The notes beneath the pieces are model-generated. The model saw only the letters and a program-made list of their open reading frames with translations. It did not search any database and was not told the origin of the DNA. A program made the translations under genes and the position numbers. This document shows, one piece after another, positions 17,508 to 26,932 of a stretch of DNA of 45,156 nt. The stretch spans positions 1-45,156 of the forward strand of contig CAAFWB010000003.1 of NCBI GenBank assembly GCA_900766395.1, in the 5' to 3' direction. This stretch comes from Clostridia bacterium (GTDB lineage Bacteria > Bacillota > Clostridia > Christensenellales > UBA1242). The number at the start of each line of letters is the position of its first letter. Within the stretch, counting starts at the first letter, position 1.

Positions 17508-20050
17508 CATTCACTCCTAAGTGCCACAACTGGGTCTTTTTTCGATGCTATGCGTGCTGGAATAAGTCCAGAAATCAGTGTCAGAACAAAACTTACTGCA
17601 ATCAATATGAGAGCATGAGTAAATTTTAGCACAGCAATGTTTTGAAGTCCACCAGAAACTTTTGCAATAATTGCGTTTACTGGGAAACAAAGAATATATG
17701 TTAACACAACTCCAATGAGTCCTGCAAACAAACCAATAATAAATGTTTCTGCATTAAACACCCTTGCGATGTCGCGTTTTCTTGCGCCAATGCTTCTGAG
17801 CACTCCAATTTCTTTTGTTCTCTCAACGACTGAAACATAAGTGATTATTCCAATCATAATTGAAGACACAAGCAATGATATTGCGGCAAACGCAATGAGA
17901 ACATACGAAATGATATTTATTAGTTCGCCAAGCGTTCCAGTGAGCACTTCGGTTGCATCGGTATACACAATCTTGTTGTGTGCTCCGTCCTCGCTTGCAT
18001 TCCAATCATCAATCAATTTAAGCACTTCCGCTTTTCCGTCAAAGTCTTTTGGATAGAGATAAATTCCTGTTGGAATTGTGCTTGCACCAACCATTTGAAG
18101 TCCGAGGTTTGTTGCTTCTTCTGCCGTCATGTCAATGTCAAAAGCAGATTTAACAAATCCAATAATTTCGGCTGGCGTATTGAAGTTTTGTATTCCCAAA
18201 CCAAAACCTTTGAGTTCTGAAATATCCACTGTGAAAGGAACATAAAACTTTCCGTCTTCGATTGATTTTTGAACAATCAATGAATTTTTGCAGTCTTGTT
18301 GATAACTTGTTGCCAGTTCTGGAAGATACATAACTCCCGCATCAAAAACTTCAACAACAATATCTTCTCTTGGTTTCATGACGCCACAAATTGAAAGCGT
18401 TTCACCCGCCCCGTCAAATGCTGTTTGATAGTCGGCTTTTGCAAGGGTCGAAAACTCTGTGAGATTTCCTTCGCTGTCATAGACTGGCTTATAAAAGGTG
18501 TCATTTGAAATAACTTTGTAGGTTTTGCCAATGATGTCAGAATACAAAATTCTGTTATATCCACCCTCTTCATTCAAGGAATAGGAAATCCCAAGATTTG
18601 TCAACATATCTGTCGAAAGTGCACCAGTTGAATTAAGAACCAAAAGCACTTCGTTTTTGTTTTCAGGATATTTCCCCTCAACGATGTCATAGTTTGAAAG
18701 AACAAAATCTTTGTCTTCAAGACCTTCATAGAACAAACTTGAAGTCGTTCCATAAATGCTGCTTGTTGTTGGCTTTGTGTCAACAAGAATAATTCCTTCG
18801 CTTCCCTCTGTCAAAACTTTGAGGTTTGTTGCATATGTGAACTGAACTGACGAAAGCGATTTTCTGTCACCTTTTTTATTGTCCTCTTCAATGTAGTCGT
18901 TGATATATTTGACAAACTTATCAGAAATAAAGTTGTAGTTTCCCATTTTTGCAATAATCGTGCTTGGATTATAAACTCCAAAAGAGCCCTCTTCCTTATC
19001 TATCCCAACTTTATTATCTTCGCCCATAAAGGATGAAAGAGATGAATAATCAATCGCAACAGTCGAAACTGCAATCGGATAACCACCAAGCGTGTCAGTT
19101 TGCATTTTGTTAATATAATTCGTGAAGCCATTCGAGATTGCAAGCACGAGTGCAACGCCAATAATGCCAATGCTTCCCGCAACACTTGTGAGAATTGTTC
19201 GCCCTTTTTTCGTGATTAAATTTTTGAGCGAAAGCATGAAAGCTGTAAAAATTGACATTGAGGATTTTTTCTTTTTAAACGCTTTTTTGTCATTTTTTTG
19301 TAAATTTTGTGCATTTTGTGGCAAAGTTTCAACAATTCTTTCAAGAGCATCGTCATTTTCACTTGGCGGATTATTATCGTCAACAACCTTTCCGTCAAGC
19401 AATTTTATGATTCTTGAAGAATATTGTTGGGCAAGTTCATTGTTGTGTGTCACCATGATGACAAGACGCTCTTTTGAAATCTCTTTGATGAGTTCCATAA
19501 TCTGGACGCTTGTTTTTGAATCAAGCGCACCAGTTGGTTCATCGGCAAGAAGAATTTCGGGATTGTTGACAAGTGCACGCGCAATCGCAACTCTTTGCAT
19601 CTGTCCGCCAGAAAGTTGGTTTGGTCTTTTTTTGTATTCGTTTTTTAACCCCACTCTTTCAAGAACAGCCATTGCTCTCTGTTTTCTTTCCTTGCTCGAA
19701 ATTCCTGCAAGCGTCAATGCAAGTTCAACATTCCCCAAAACTGTGAGGTGTGGAATGAGGTTATAACTCTGAAAAACAAAACCAATCGAGTGATTTCGAT
19801 AAGTGTCCCAATCTCCGCTTTTGAATTTTTTTGTTGATTGTCCTTTGATGATGAGGTCGCCGCTCGTGTATTGGTCAAGTCCACCAATGATGTTAAGCAT
19901 TGTGGTCTTTCCGCAACCACTTGGCCCCAGAATTGAAACAAATTCATTATGTCGAAAAGCCATGCTAACACCTTTTAGTGCTGGCACAACATTGTCTGCA
20001 AGTTTGTAATCTTTCTTTATATCTTTTAGTTCAAGAATATATTTTCCCAT
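17507..20050 (-). CDS. Fused ABC ATPase/FtsX-type permease (MacB-like)
   Basis: [37 protein letters not shown] large periplasmic-type domain sits between TM helices. C-terminal FtsX signature [20 protein letters not shown]. Confidence 0.9.
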   Translation of the reverse strand: MGKYILELKDIKKDYKLADNVVPALKGVSMAFRHNEFVSILGPSGCGKTTMLNIIGGLDQYTSGDLIIKGQSTKKFKSGDWDTYRNHSIGFVFQSYNLIPHLTVLGNVELALTLAGISSKERKQRAMAVLERVGLKNEYKKRPNQLSGGQMQRVAIARALVNNPEILLADEPTGALDSKTSVQIMELIKEISKERLVIMVTHNNELAQQYSSRIIKLLDGKVVDDNNPPSENDDALERIVETLPQNAQNLQKNDKKAFKKKKSSMSIFTAFMLSLKNLITKKGRTILTSVAGSIGIIGVALVLAISNGFTNYINKMQTDTLGGYPIAVSTVAIDYSSLSSFMGEDNKVGIDKEEGSFGVYNPSTIIAKMGNYNFISDKFVKYINDYIEEDNKKGDRKSLSSVQFTYATNLKVLTEGSEGIILVDTKPTTSSIYGTTSSLFYEGLEDKDFVLSNYDIVEGKYPENKNEVLLVLNSTGALSTDMLTNLGISYSLNEEGGYNRILYSDIIGKTYKVISNDTFYKPVYDSEGNLTEFSTLAKADYQTAFDGAGETLSICGVMKPREDIVVEVFDAGVMYLPELATSYQQDCKNSLIVQKSIEDGKFYVPFTVDISELKGFGLGIQNFNTPAEIIGFVKSAFDIDMTAEEATNLGLQMVGASTIPTGIYLYPKDFDGKAEVLKLIDDWNASEDGAHNKIVYTDATEVLTGTLGELINIISYVLIAFAAISLLVSSIMIGIITYVSVVERTKEIGVLRSIGARKRDIARVFNAETFIIGLFAGLIGVVLTYILCFPVNAIIAKVSGGLQNIAVLKFTHALILIAVSFVLTLISGLIPARIASKKDPVVALRSE

Positions 20051-20227
20051 GCTTTTATCTTACCACTAGAGTTATTTATAGTCAATTTTATTTAAAAAGG
20101 TGCAAAAAAATAAACTACAATTTTACAAATAAAAAACAACCAATCTTAACAAATTTGCTATGTTTGCTCATATTCTCTTCCATTTTTTTTATGAATATGT
20201 TATTATAAAACCCACATAGGAGTATGC

Positions 20228-21355
20228 ATGAAAAAATATTTAATTCTCACGGTCACCGCTGGCGAAGGACACAACTCAATCGCAAAAGCAATTGAAAACG
20301 AACTCAACAAAAATCCAGAAAACATAATTGAAAAAGTTGATATTTTCAAAGAATTTGCAAAACCTTCAAAAGTCAAATTTATCAATGACGGATACATACT
20401 TGCTTGCAAGCATCTGCCAAAACTCTATAATATGTTTTTCCGTATGTATCAAAAAAGAAATCCAAACAGACGAAACACCGCCCCTGCTCAAGGCACAGTT
20501 AAAAAAGAAACACCAAAGCTTCTCAAACTCATTGAAGAAAAAAATCCTGACGTCATCATTTGCACGCATTTCTATCCTGCAACCATAATCACAAATTTGC
20601 GCAAAAAATATGAAATTAAAGCAAAAGTTGTTTCAATTTTGTTTGATTACACCGTTCACCCATTTTTCGAATGTGCCAACGGCGTTGATTTCATGTTTAC
20701 GCCAGATTGTTCTTTCAATGATATTTTGATAAAAAAAGGATATCGCGAGGAACAGCTCAAAGACCTTGGACTTCCGGTCAAAACAGAATTTTCCGAATTT
20801 ATGGATAAAAACGAAGCGAGAGAAAAACTTGGTTTCCAAAAAGATTTGCCACTCGTCATGATCATGCTTGGCGGCGGCGGATTTGGTGGTGCTGACAAAA
20901 TGCTTAAAAAACTTCTCAAATGCAAACATAAAATTCAAATTGCAGTCGTCAACGGAAAAGACGCGGAAAGCAAAGAAAAAATTGATAAATTTCTTCAAAA
21001 AACAAAAACAGAACACATTGTCAAAAACTATGGTTTTATCGACTTTGTCTACACGTTGATGAGCGCAAGCGATATTTTGGTTGGCAAATCAGGCGGAGTT
21101 TCAGTCAACGAAAGCATGAACAAAAATCTTCCACTTGCCCTTTCACATAATCTTGTCGCACAAGAATATGACAACATGGTTTTCCTCACAACTCACAATG
21201 CCTGCATCAACCTAACAAAAAAATATACACTCACAAAAGCCATTGATGACCTCTGCGAAAACCCAAACAAACTTGAACAAATCAAGTCAAACATTCAAAA
21301 AATCAAAAAGCCAAATGCAACGCGCGACATAGTTAAATTCTGTGAAGCATTATAG
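20228..21355 (+). CDS. MGDG-synthase/UgtP-family diacylglycerol glycosyltransferase
   Basis: N-terminal ILTVTAGEGHNSIAKAI motif. C-terminal GT-B-type GKSGGVSVNESM. RBS GGAG. Confidence 0.75.
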   Translation: MKKYLILTVTAGEGHNSIAKAIENELNKNPENIIEKVDIFKEFAKPSKVKFINDGYILACKHLPKLYNMFFRMYQKRNPNRRNTAPAQGTVKKETPKLLKLIEEKNPDVIICTHFYPATIITNLRKKYEIKAKVVSILFDYTVHPFFECANGVDFMFTPDCSFNDILIKKGYREEQLKDLGLPVKTEFSEFMDKNEAREKLGFQKDLPLVMIMLGGGGFGGADKMLKKLLKCKHKIQIAVVNGKDAESKEKIDKFLQKTKTEHIVKNYGFIDFVYTLMSASDILVGKSGGVSVNESMNKNLPLALSHNLVAQEYDNMVFLTTHNACINLTKKYTLTKAIDDLCENPNKLEQIKSNIQKIKKPNATRDIVKFCEAL

Positions 21356-21409
21356 TTGTCCACAAATCCACAAAAAATTATCCACCGCCATTGTGCATAA
21401 GTGGATAAT
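21356..21409. promoter_or_regulatory. Cluster of four DnaA-box-like 9-mers
   Basis: TTGTCCACA (21356-64), AAATCCACA (21364-72), TTATCCACC (21378-86), and inverted TTATCCACT (21400-09, read on the minus strand), compared with the consensus TTATCCACA. Confidence 0.35.
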
Positions 21410-21418
21410 TTTTTTTGC
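21372..21418 (+). terminator. Intrinsic terminator after the glycosyltransferase gene
   Basis: 14-bp perfect stem AAAAAATTATCCAC/GTGGATAATTTTTT with a 15-nt loop and a T-run. Confidence 0.6.
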
Positions 21419-21450
21419 ATTAAAAAACTAGTGTCAAAGTATATTACTTT

Positions 21451-22149
21451 ATGAAATTTTTTGTATTAAAGAAAAAACATATCATGTTGTTTTTAACAAT
21501 CTTGCTTGTTGCCATAATCGTTGTTGTTGCGACTTTATCCTTCATCAAGACGTCAAGCCCCAAAAGGACCTACACTGTTGTTATTGATGCGGGTCATGGC
21601 GGCATTGATGGAGGGAGTGTTGGCGTTGTCACAAAAAATGATGAAAATCATCTCAACCTTGAATATGCAAAATGCCTAAAAACTTATTTTGAAAACTTTA
21701 ACATCGGTGTTGTGATGACTCGCTCAACCCTTGACGGACTCTATTCCCCAATCGCCAAAAACAAGAAAAAAAGCGATATGCAAAAACGCAAAGAAATCAT
21801 TGAGAAAAGCGGTGCGGATTTGGTTGTTTCAATCCACATGAACAGCTTTCCAACAAAAGCCTCTCGTGGCGCTCAGGTTTTTTATGACAAAAACAACGAG
21901 AGCGGAAAAGCACTTGCTGACTGCATTCAAAAAAGATTTGTTTTGGACATTGAAAACGCAAGAAAAACTGCAAAACATGGTGATTTTTTTATGGTCAACT
22001 GCACGCCTCTTCCCTCTGTTATTGTTGAATGTGGTTATCTTTCAAATCCAAATGAGGATCGACTTCTTTCGACGAATGCATATAAAGAAAAAATCTGCTA
22101 TTCAATTTTTTGCGGCGTTCTCCAATTCCTCGGAGTGAACAATGTCTAA
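21451..22149 (+). CDS. cwlD: N-acetylmuramoyl-L-alanine amidase, CwlD-like (Amidase_3)
   Basis: N-terminal TM helix. Motifs VVIDAGHGGIDGG, DLVVSIHMNSF, GAQVFY, ECGYLSNPNE. The RBS is weak or absent. Confidence 0.75.
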   Translation: MKFFVLKKKHIMLFLTILLVAIIVVVATLSFIKTSSPKRTYTVVIDAGHGGIDGGSVGVVTKNDENHLNLEYAKCLKTYFENFNIGVVMTRSTLDGLYSPIAKNKKKSDMQKRKEIIEKSGADLVVSIHMNSFPTKASRGAQVFYDKNNESGKALADCIQKRFVLDIENARKTAKHGDFFMVNCTPLPSVIVECGYLSNPNEDRLLSTNAYKEKICYSIFCGVLQFLGVNNV

Positions 22150-22444
22150 AAATTTGACCTTTTGTCATTTTTATGAAATACTTAAAGAAAAATAGAGGCA
22201 AATATAAAAAACAGAAGTCGAGCCAAAAAAAATAACGACAATATGTTTGACAGCCTTGAAAAACTCAACAAACTCCGACTTGACGAAGAATCACTCAAGA
22301 AGAATTTGAACAAATGAAAAAGAAAATAATCGAATAAAAAAGCACGCCCAACGCCTAGTTAAATTGAAACTAGTGAAAAATAATCCTATATCTAATAGGT
22401 TTAAACTATCAAACAAAAGAGTACAAGATTTAATCTGTGCTCTT

Positions 22445-23221
22445 TTATTTTTGTATTTTAAAATAAAAAATTGGCAATGTTAGATTTGAAATATCCGATA
22501 TTTGAATATCATTATCGTAAGTAATAGATGTGCTATTATCTTTTTGAGTTGCATTGGATAAAAAATATAAGGTTTCGTTATCTTCAGAATAAAAATATTT
22601 CATTATATTGCAAATCGTGTTATTTAATGGTGGAGACTTATATTGTATTTCATAATATTGTAAGAAAAGTCCACTATCTAAGTTCTTTATTTCAATAAAA
22701 TAATGTTTATCATTATTATAGCCGCTATTTTGATAATATTCTAAACAAAAAGTCTCATTATAAAATTGCATATTATAAATACAATGATATTTATTTATTG
22801 AATTTAAAGGACTATATATCTTTTCAAAGTAAAACCCATTTGTTGTTTTTTCCCAATAATAAGTTATAGTATCGCTTTTATTATATGCAGTAAATCCTAG
22901 TGGATAATAGGTTTCGCATACTTGCCAAAACTCTAAAGAATCTTTTAAGTACAATAAGCAGTTTTCATTTGACACATTATATTGTTTTTTTTCAGGTGGT
23001 ATAGATGATTGATTTTCCAAACTAACAAGTGATATATCTGATGCCGGGTAAAAACTTAAAATAGTTGATATATCATGTATCAATGTTGAACAAGTGTATG
23101 TAAAATCATTGTTTGAAATGTCGTTGTTGTCAGGTGATGTATTTGAGTTGTTGCAACCTGATAATATAAATGAAAAAAATATCGCAAAAATAATTGAAAG
23201 GAAATATTTTAAATTTTTCAT
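22445..23221 (-). CDS. Lipoprotein, unknown function (Tyr/Asn-rich, very AT-rich gene)
   Basis: Start moved to ATG 23221 (RBS GAGGAG). Signal peptide with lipobox LSGC. Confidence 0.6.
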   Translation of the reverse strand: MKNLKYFLSIIFAIFFSFILSGCNNSNTSPDNNDISNNDFTYTCSTLIHDISTILSFYPASDISLVSLENQSSIPPEKKQYNVSNENCLLYLKDSLEFWQVCETYYPLGFTAYNKSDTITYYWEKTTNGFYFEKIYSPLNSINKYHCIYNMQFYNETFCLEYYQNSGYNNDKHYFIEIKNLDSGLFLQYYEIQYKSPPLNNTICNIMKYFYSEDNETLYFLSNATQKDNSTSITYDNDIQISDISNLTLPIFYFKIQK

Positions 23222-23387
23222 ATAAATTTTTCTCCTCAACACATTATAACACACAAGTACTAAGATTGTTTAATAATAATTATAAAAATATAAAAAATGG
23301 CACTTAGGCGTGTGCTTGTCTTGATACAAGTGTTCTCGCTTCGCTCGAACAGATAAGCACACGTCAACAAACTAAATTAAAGCAGAC

Positions 23388-23430
23388 AAAAAGCGAAAGT
23401 GTTGGTAAACATAACACACTTTCGCTTTTT
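23388..23430. terminator. Strong bidirectional terminator-type hairpin in a gene-free spacer
   Basis: AAAAAGCGAAAGTGT, 13-nt loop, ACACTTTCGCTTTTT. Confidence 0.6.
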
Positions 23431-23463
23431 GCTGTTATTTTTTCTTCTCTTTCTTATTATGGT

Positions 23464-23545
23464 AAACAAATATTCTTTGTTGTCAAGGTTAAAGTGTATG
23501 TCGCTATTGGCGACAATCCTTTGACAACGTCAGTAATATTTGTTT
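23464..23545. repeat. 82-nt three-tier inverted repeat (long hairpin)
   Basis: Outer helix AAACAAATATT/AATATTTGTTT (perfect, 11 bp), middle helix GTTGTCAAGG/CCT(T)TGACAAC, inner helix TGTCGC/GCGACA. Confidence 0.6.
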
Positions 23546-23566
23546 CTTTTTACAGTTAAGAGAGTG

Positions 23567-23600
23567 AAAAAAACACCTTAATCTTTTATAGATTAAAGTG
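23567..23600 (-). terminator. Intrinsic terminator of the gmk/Zn-ribbon/TM2 operon
   Basis: Minus strand reads CACTTTAATC-tataaaa-GATTAAGGTG followed by TTTTTTT. Confidence 0.7.
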
Positions 23601-23648
23601 CTTATATTTTGCTAGTTTCAAACAGCATTGACTAACGGCGTGTTTTTT

Positions 23649-23843
23649 TTATTTTATTTCTCTACCTTTTGAATTGGTGAATGTTCCACACAGAATCATA
23701 ATGAAGTCAACAAGTGCTCCAATTCCAAACGCACCGCCCGTGAAAAGCCAAATCAGACCAGTGCCAATTTTACCGACAACAAAACGGTGAATTCCAAACA
23801 CACCAAAAAAGAAACAAATTAATGCAAGACCAACTCTACTCAT
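23649..23843 (-). CDS. TM2 domain protein
   Basis: Start moved to ATG 23843 (RBS GGAGGA; the ORF-track start is a TTG). Motif GVFGIHRFVVGKIGTGLIWLFTGGAFGIGALVDFI. Confidence 0.8.
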   Translation of the reverse strand: MSRVGLALICFFFGVFGIHRFVVGKIGTGLIWLFTGGAFGIGALVDFIMILCGTFTNSKGREIK

Positions 23844-23920
23844 ATATCCTCCAACATTAATTTGTTTCAATTTTTATTTTTTATTTATTCCAAGTTTTCG
23901 TCATAAAACTTTTTGTTTGA

Positions 23921-24328
23921 CTATTTTTTAGTTTGTTTTGCACCGCAATGAGGACATTCAAATTTATCACTTTGAAGTTCTGCCCCGCAGTATGAACAAG
24001 TCTTTGTTTTTTGACTGTGTTTTGAAATAATTTTTTCCATTGATTCGTTTTGTTCGGCAATTTTTTCCATTTTTCTTTGTTTGACAACTGGGTCAGCAGT
24101 GTAAACAATGCTTGAAATTCCGACCGCAACAAACACTCCAAACGAAACAAGAACACCGCCGCCAAAAATTCTTCCACTTTTTGCGCTCGATGCTGCAAAC
24201 CAGCCACTGCTATTCATGTCAGGAACGCTTGAGGTTGCCCCCAAAACAACCAGAACAAGTCCCCCAATAATCATGCATATTCCAATTATCAATGGAATTA
24301 AAAAATATTTTTTTGGTTTTTCTTTCAC
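23921..24328 (-). CDS. Membrane protein with a C-terminal zinc ribbon
   Basis: GTG start with RBS AGGAG inside the end of gmk. Two TM helices. C-terminal CSYCGAEL...CPHCGAKQ. Confidence 0.6.
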   Translation of the reverse strand: MKEKPKKYFLIPLIIGICMIIGGLVLVVLGATSSVPDMNSSGWFAASSAKSGRIFGGGVLVSFGVFVAVGISSIVYTADPVVKQRKMEKIAEQNESMEKIISKHSQKTKTCSYCGAELQSDKFECPHCGAKQTKK

Positions 24329-24331
24329 AAT

Positions 24332-24871
24332 CTACTCCTGCGGATAAATTTTGTTTTCAATAAATTCAACAGTTTCATTCAAATCGACATTTTCAATCAC
24401 ATAATCAAAATTGCCTTTGTGACTTTCTTCAAAATCAAATCTTTCAAGGCGTTTTGAAACTTCTTGTTCGCCACGATTAATCAAGCGTTTTTCCACCTCG
24501 TCTTTTGGACAAGTGAGATAGATTGAAACAATTTTGACTTTGTCTTTCAGTCTTGAAACATAATATTTTTGTCCCAAAACCCCAAGGTCTTTGATGTAAT
24601 CATGTTTGCCTTCAATAATATCTTGAACAGACGAATTCAATGTTCCGTAGATATTTCCATGGATTTCTTCGTGTTCAAAAAGTTCGCCGTTTTCAAGTTT
24701 TGTTTGCATTTCATCAAAATTGAGGTAAATATAACCTTTTCCAACTTCGTGTTCTCTTGGCTTTCTTGTCGAGCATGACATGAGATACCTGAGGTTGCTG
24801 TTTCTTTTTAACAATTCTTCGATAACCGTATTTTTCCCAACGCCCGATGGCCCTGCAATAATTACAAACAT
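24332..24871 (-). CDS. gmk: Guanylate kinase (short form)
   Basis: P-loop GPSGVGKNT, TRKPREHEVGKGYIYL, HGNIYGT. RBS AAAGGAGA. Possible own promoter TTGACA-16-TAGAAT. Confidence 0.75.
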   Translation of the reverse strand: MFVIIAGPSGVGKNTVIEELLKRNSNLRYLMSCSTRKPREHEVGKGYIYLNFDEMQTKLENGELFEHEEIHGNIYGTLNSSVQDIIEGKHDYIKDLGVLGQKYYVSRLKDKVKIVSIYLTCPKDEVEKRLINRGEQEVSKRLERFDFEESHKGNFDYVIENVDLNETVEFIENKIYPQE

Positions 24872-25000
24872 AACGTCTCCTTTGTATGTTTTTATTCTAT
24901 CATTTTTGTCATTATTGTCAAATGATATAAACCATATGATGCCGTTCTGATTGAAAATGTTTCCTTCTTCTTAACAAAACCTCATATGGCATATTTTTTT

Positions 25001-25030
25001 GCAAAAAAAAGAACCCCATTTGGAGTTCTT
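25001..25030 (-). terminator. Intrinsic terminator after the GNAT gene
   Basis: Minus strand reads AAGAACTCC-aaat-GGGGTTCTT followed by TTTTTTT. Confidence 0.7.
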
Positions 25031-25817
25031 ATTCAAAATATCGTTCGCAATCAACTTGTTTTGCAAAAACTGAATAACCTTGGTCGAAATCGCTTTGTTT
25101 TATGCAGTTAAATTCGTCACCAACTTGGACTTCTGAAAAACCGCAATTTTTATAAAACTTTTTAAGATTTGTTTGAGTCTGCTTTTCGTTTTCAACATCA
25201 AATGCGCCCGCTTGAAGAACAATGGAACTAATGTCTGAACCAGCACAAAGTGAAGGCAAAAACGATGAAAGCATGTGAGAAGCAAACCCCATACCTCTAT
25301 ATTGAGGTTCAGTTTCAATTTCGTCAACAAAGCAACGAGTTTGTGTGTTTCTGCGTCCAAGGTGCTCAACCAAAACTGTTGAATTAAAAATTGGTCCAAC
25401 AAGTTTGCCATTTTCAACTTTATATCCCTCAATTTTGCCACAAGGTTTAAGAATTGAGAAATCATCTTCACTCTCAACAACTTGACTTTGGTTTTGTTTT
25501 GCGAAAGCTTTGTTCACATAATCACAAATACCTCTGAGTGACATCATGTTTCCGCCACCCAAAAGAAAATCTGTTGCAAGTTCAAGAATTCTTGAATTAT
25601 TTTGGAAATGGATAGAAAAAGCATTAAAAACGGGTTTGCCATCTGCAATTAATTTATTTATTTCTGCAATGTCTTTTTCAGAAACAGCCGTGACTTTTTT
25701 TGCTTGTGCATTATACATTTGAACAAAAGTTCCATGCTCGTTTTGATAAACACAAACAGCATTTGGTTGAACTCCATATTCTTTGCATATTTTTTGCTTT
25801 AACTCTTTTGTATCCAT
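25029..25817 (-). CDS. Protein with a C-terminal GNAT-type acetyltransferase fold and a ~150-aa unknown N-terminal region
   Basis: Start moved to ATG 25817 (RBS GAGGGG). Acetyl-CoA motif-A-like EPQYRGMGFASHML. Confidence 0.55.
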   Translation of the reverse strand: MDTKELKQKICKEYGVQPNAVCVYQNEHGTFVQMYNAQAKKVTAVSEKDIAEINKLIADGKPVFNAFSIHFQNNSRILELATDFLLGGGNMMSLRGICDYVNKAFAKQNQSQVVESEDDFSILKPCGKIEGYKVENGKLVGPIFNSTVLVEHLGRRNTQTRCFVDEIETEPQYRGMGFASHMLSSFLPSLCAGSDISSIVLQAGAFDVENEKQTQTNLKKFYKNCGFSEVQVGDEFNCIKQSDFDQGYSVFAKQVDCERYFE

Positions 25818-25878
25818 ATGCCCCTCAATCATTATATTATATATGTTATCAAATTATATTTTTTTGTCAACAACAAAA

Positions 25879-26931
25879 TTAAATTTTGACAACGCTTGAA
25901 GCGGTGAGATTTGTGTCCGAAAGCCCCTCGCCCTTCTTCATCATAAAGTATGCCGCACTGCCAATCATTGCAGCATTATCTGTGCAAAGTCCCAGCTCTG
26001 GCATAAATAGACTGATATTTTGTTTTTCGCACTCATTTTTAAGCATTTCTTTAAGTCGTGAATTTGCTGAAACACCGCCCGCCACAACAAGCTTGTCCAT
26101 GCAATATTCGCGAGCGGCACGAGTTGCTTTTTTGACAAGTTCTCCACAGACTTCTTCTTGAAATGAAGCGGCAACGTCTGCTTTGTTTATTACCTCGCCC
26201 TTTTGCTCTTTGTTGTGAACATAATTAATCACAGCGGTTTTCACGCCTGAAAAAGAGAAATTATACGTTCCAACAAGCGGAGTTTTGCAAAAAGTTATTT
26301 CACTTTTCCCCTCTTTTGCGAGTTTGTCAATTTTTGGCCCGCCGGGATAACCAAGTCCCAAAACACGTGCAACTTTATCAAAACATTCTCCGACCGCATC
26401 ATCAATGGTTGAGCCAATGAGCGTTCTTTGATTGTAGTCTTCAACTTTGAGAATCGCCGTGTGTCCACCGCTTGTCAACAAACACATATAAGGCGGAACG
26501 AGTTGTGGATATGTGAGATAGTTAGCCGCAATATGCCCCTCAATATGACTTACTGCAACGAGCGGAATATTGTTTTCAAATGCGAGTGCTTTTGCAAAAT
26601 TTACACCAACCAAAAGTGCGCCAATAAGTCCTGCACCATATGTGACCGCAACAAGGTCGATGTCTTTAATCTCAAGTTTTGCCGCAGCCAAAGCTTCTTT
26701 TGTGACATTGGAGATTGCAAGAATATGATTTCGTGACGCAACTTCTGGAACAACCCCACCAAATCTCACATGAATTGGAATTTGAGTTGAAACAATATTC
26801 GAAAGAATTTTTCTTCCGTTTTCAACAACTGCAACACTTGTTTCATCGCACGAAGACTCAAATGCAAGCACTCGCACGCACTCTTTGTCTTTTAGGTTTT
26901 CAAATTTTTGTTTTGCTTGTTCAAAATACAT
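25879..26931 (-). CDS. tsaD: tRNA N6-adenosine threonylcarbamoyltransferase TsaD
   Basis: Start moved to ATG 26931 (RBS AGGAGA, 1 nt after the upstream stop). Motifs SSCDETSVAVV, VSHIEGHI, AGGVSANSRL. Confidence 0.9.
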   Translation of the reverse strand: MYFEQAKQKFENLKDKECVRVLAFESSCDETSVAVVENGRKILSNIVSTQIPIHVRFGGVVPEVASRNHILAISNVTKEALAAAKLEIKDIDLVAVTYGAGLIGALLVGVNFAKALAFENNIPLVAVSHIEGHIAANYLTYPQLVPPYMCLLTSGGHTAILKVEDYNQRTLIGSTIDDAVGECFDKVARVLGLGYPGGPKIDKLAKEGKSEITFCKTPLVGTYNFSFSGVKTAVINYVHNKEQKGEVINKADVAASFQEEVCGELVKKATRAAREYCMDKLVVAGGVSANSRLKEMLKNECEKQNISLFMPELGLCTDNAAMIGSAAYFMMKKGEGLSDTNLTASSVVKI

Positions 26932-26932
26932 T

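Noticed and set aside
20203-20409. 68-aa minus-strand ORF overlapping the start of the glycosyltransferase gene
   Set aside because: It is antisense to a gene with a clear family motif (GEGHNS) and a good RBS, and it has no RBS of its own.
21356-21409. Chromosomal replication origin (oriC)
   Set aside because: There is no dnaA or dnaN gene and no AT-rich unwinding element in the neighbourhood. The boxes coincide with an ordinary terminator between two housekeeping-type genes. It is kept only as a possible secondary DnaA-box cluster.
22244-22318. 24-codon ORF (MFDSLEKLNKLRLDEESLKKNLNK) downstream of cwlD
   Set aside because: It is too short, has no SD sequence and carries no recognisable motif. 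It is more likely gene debris within the AT-rich islet.
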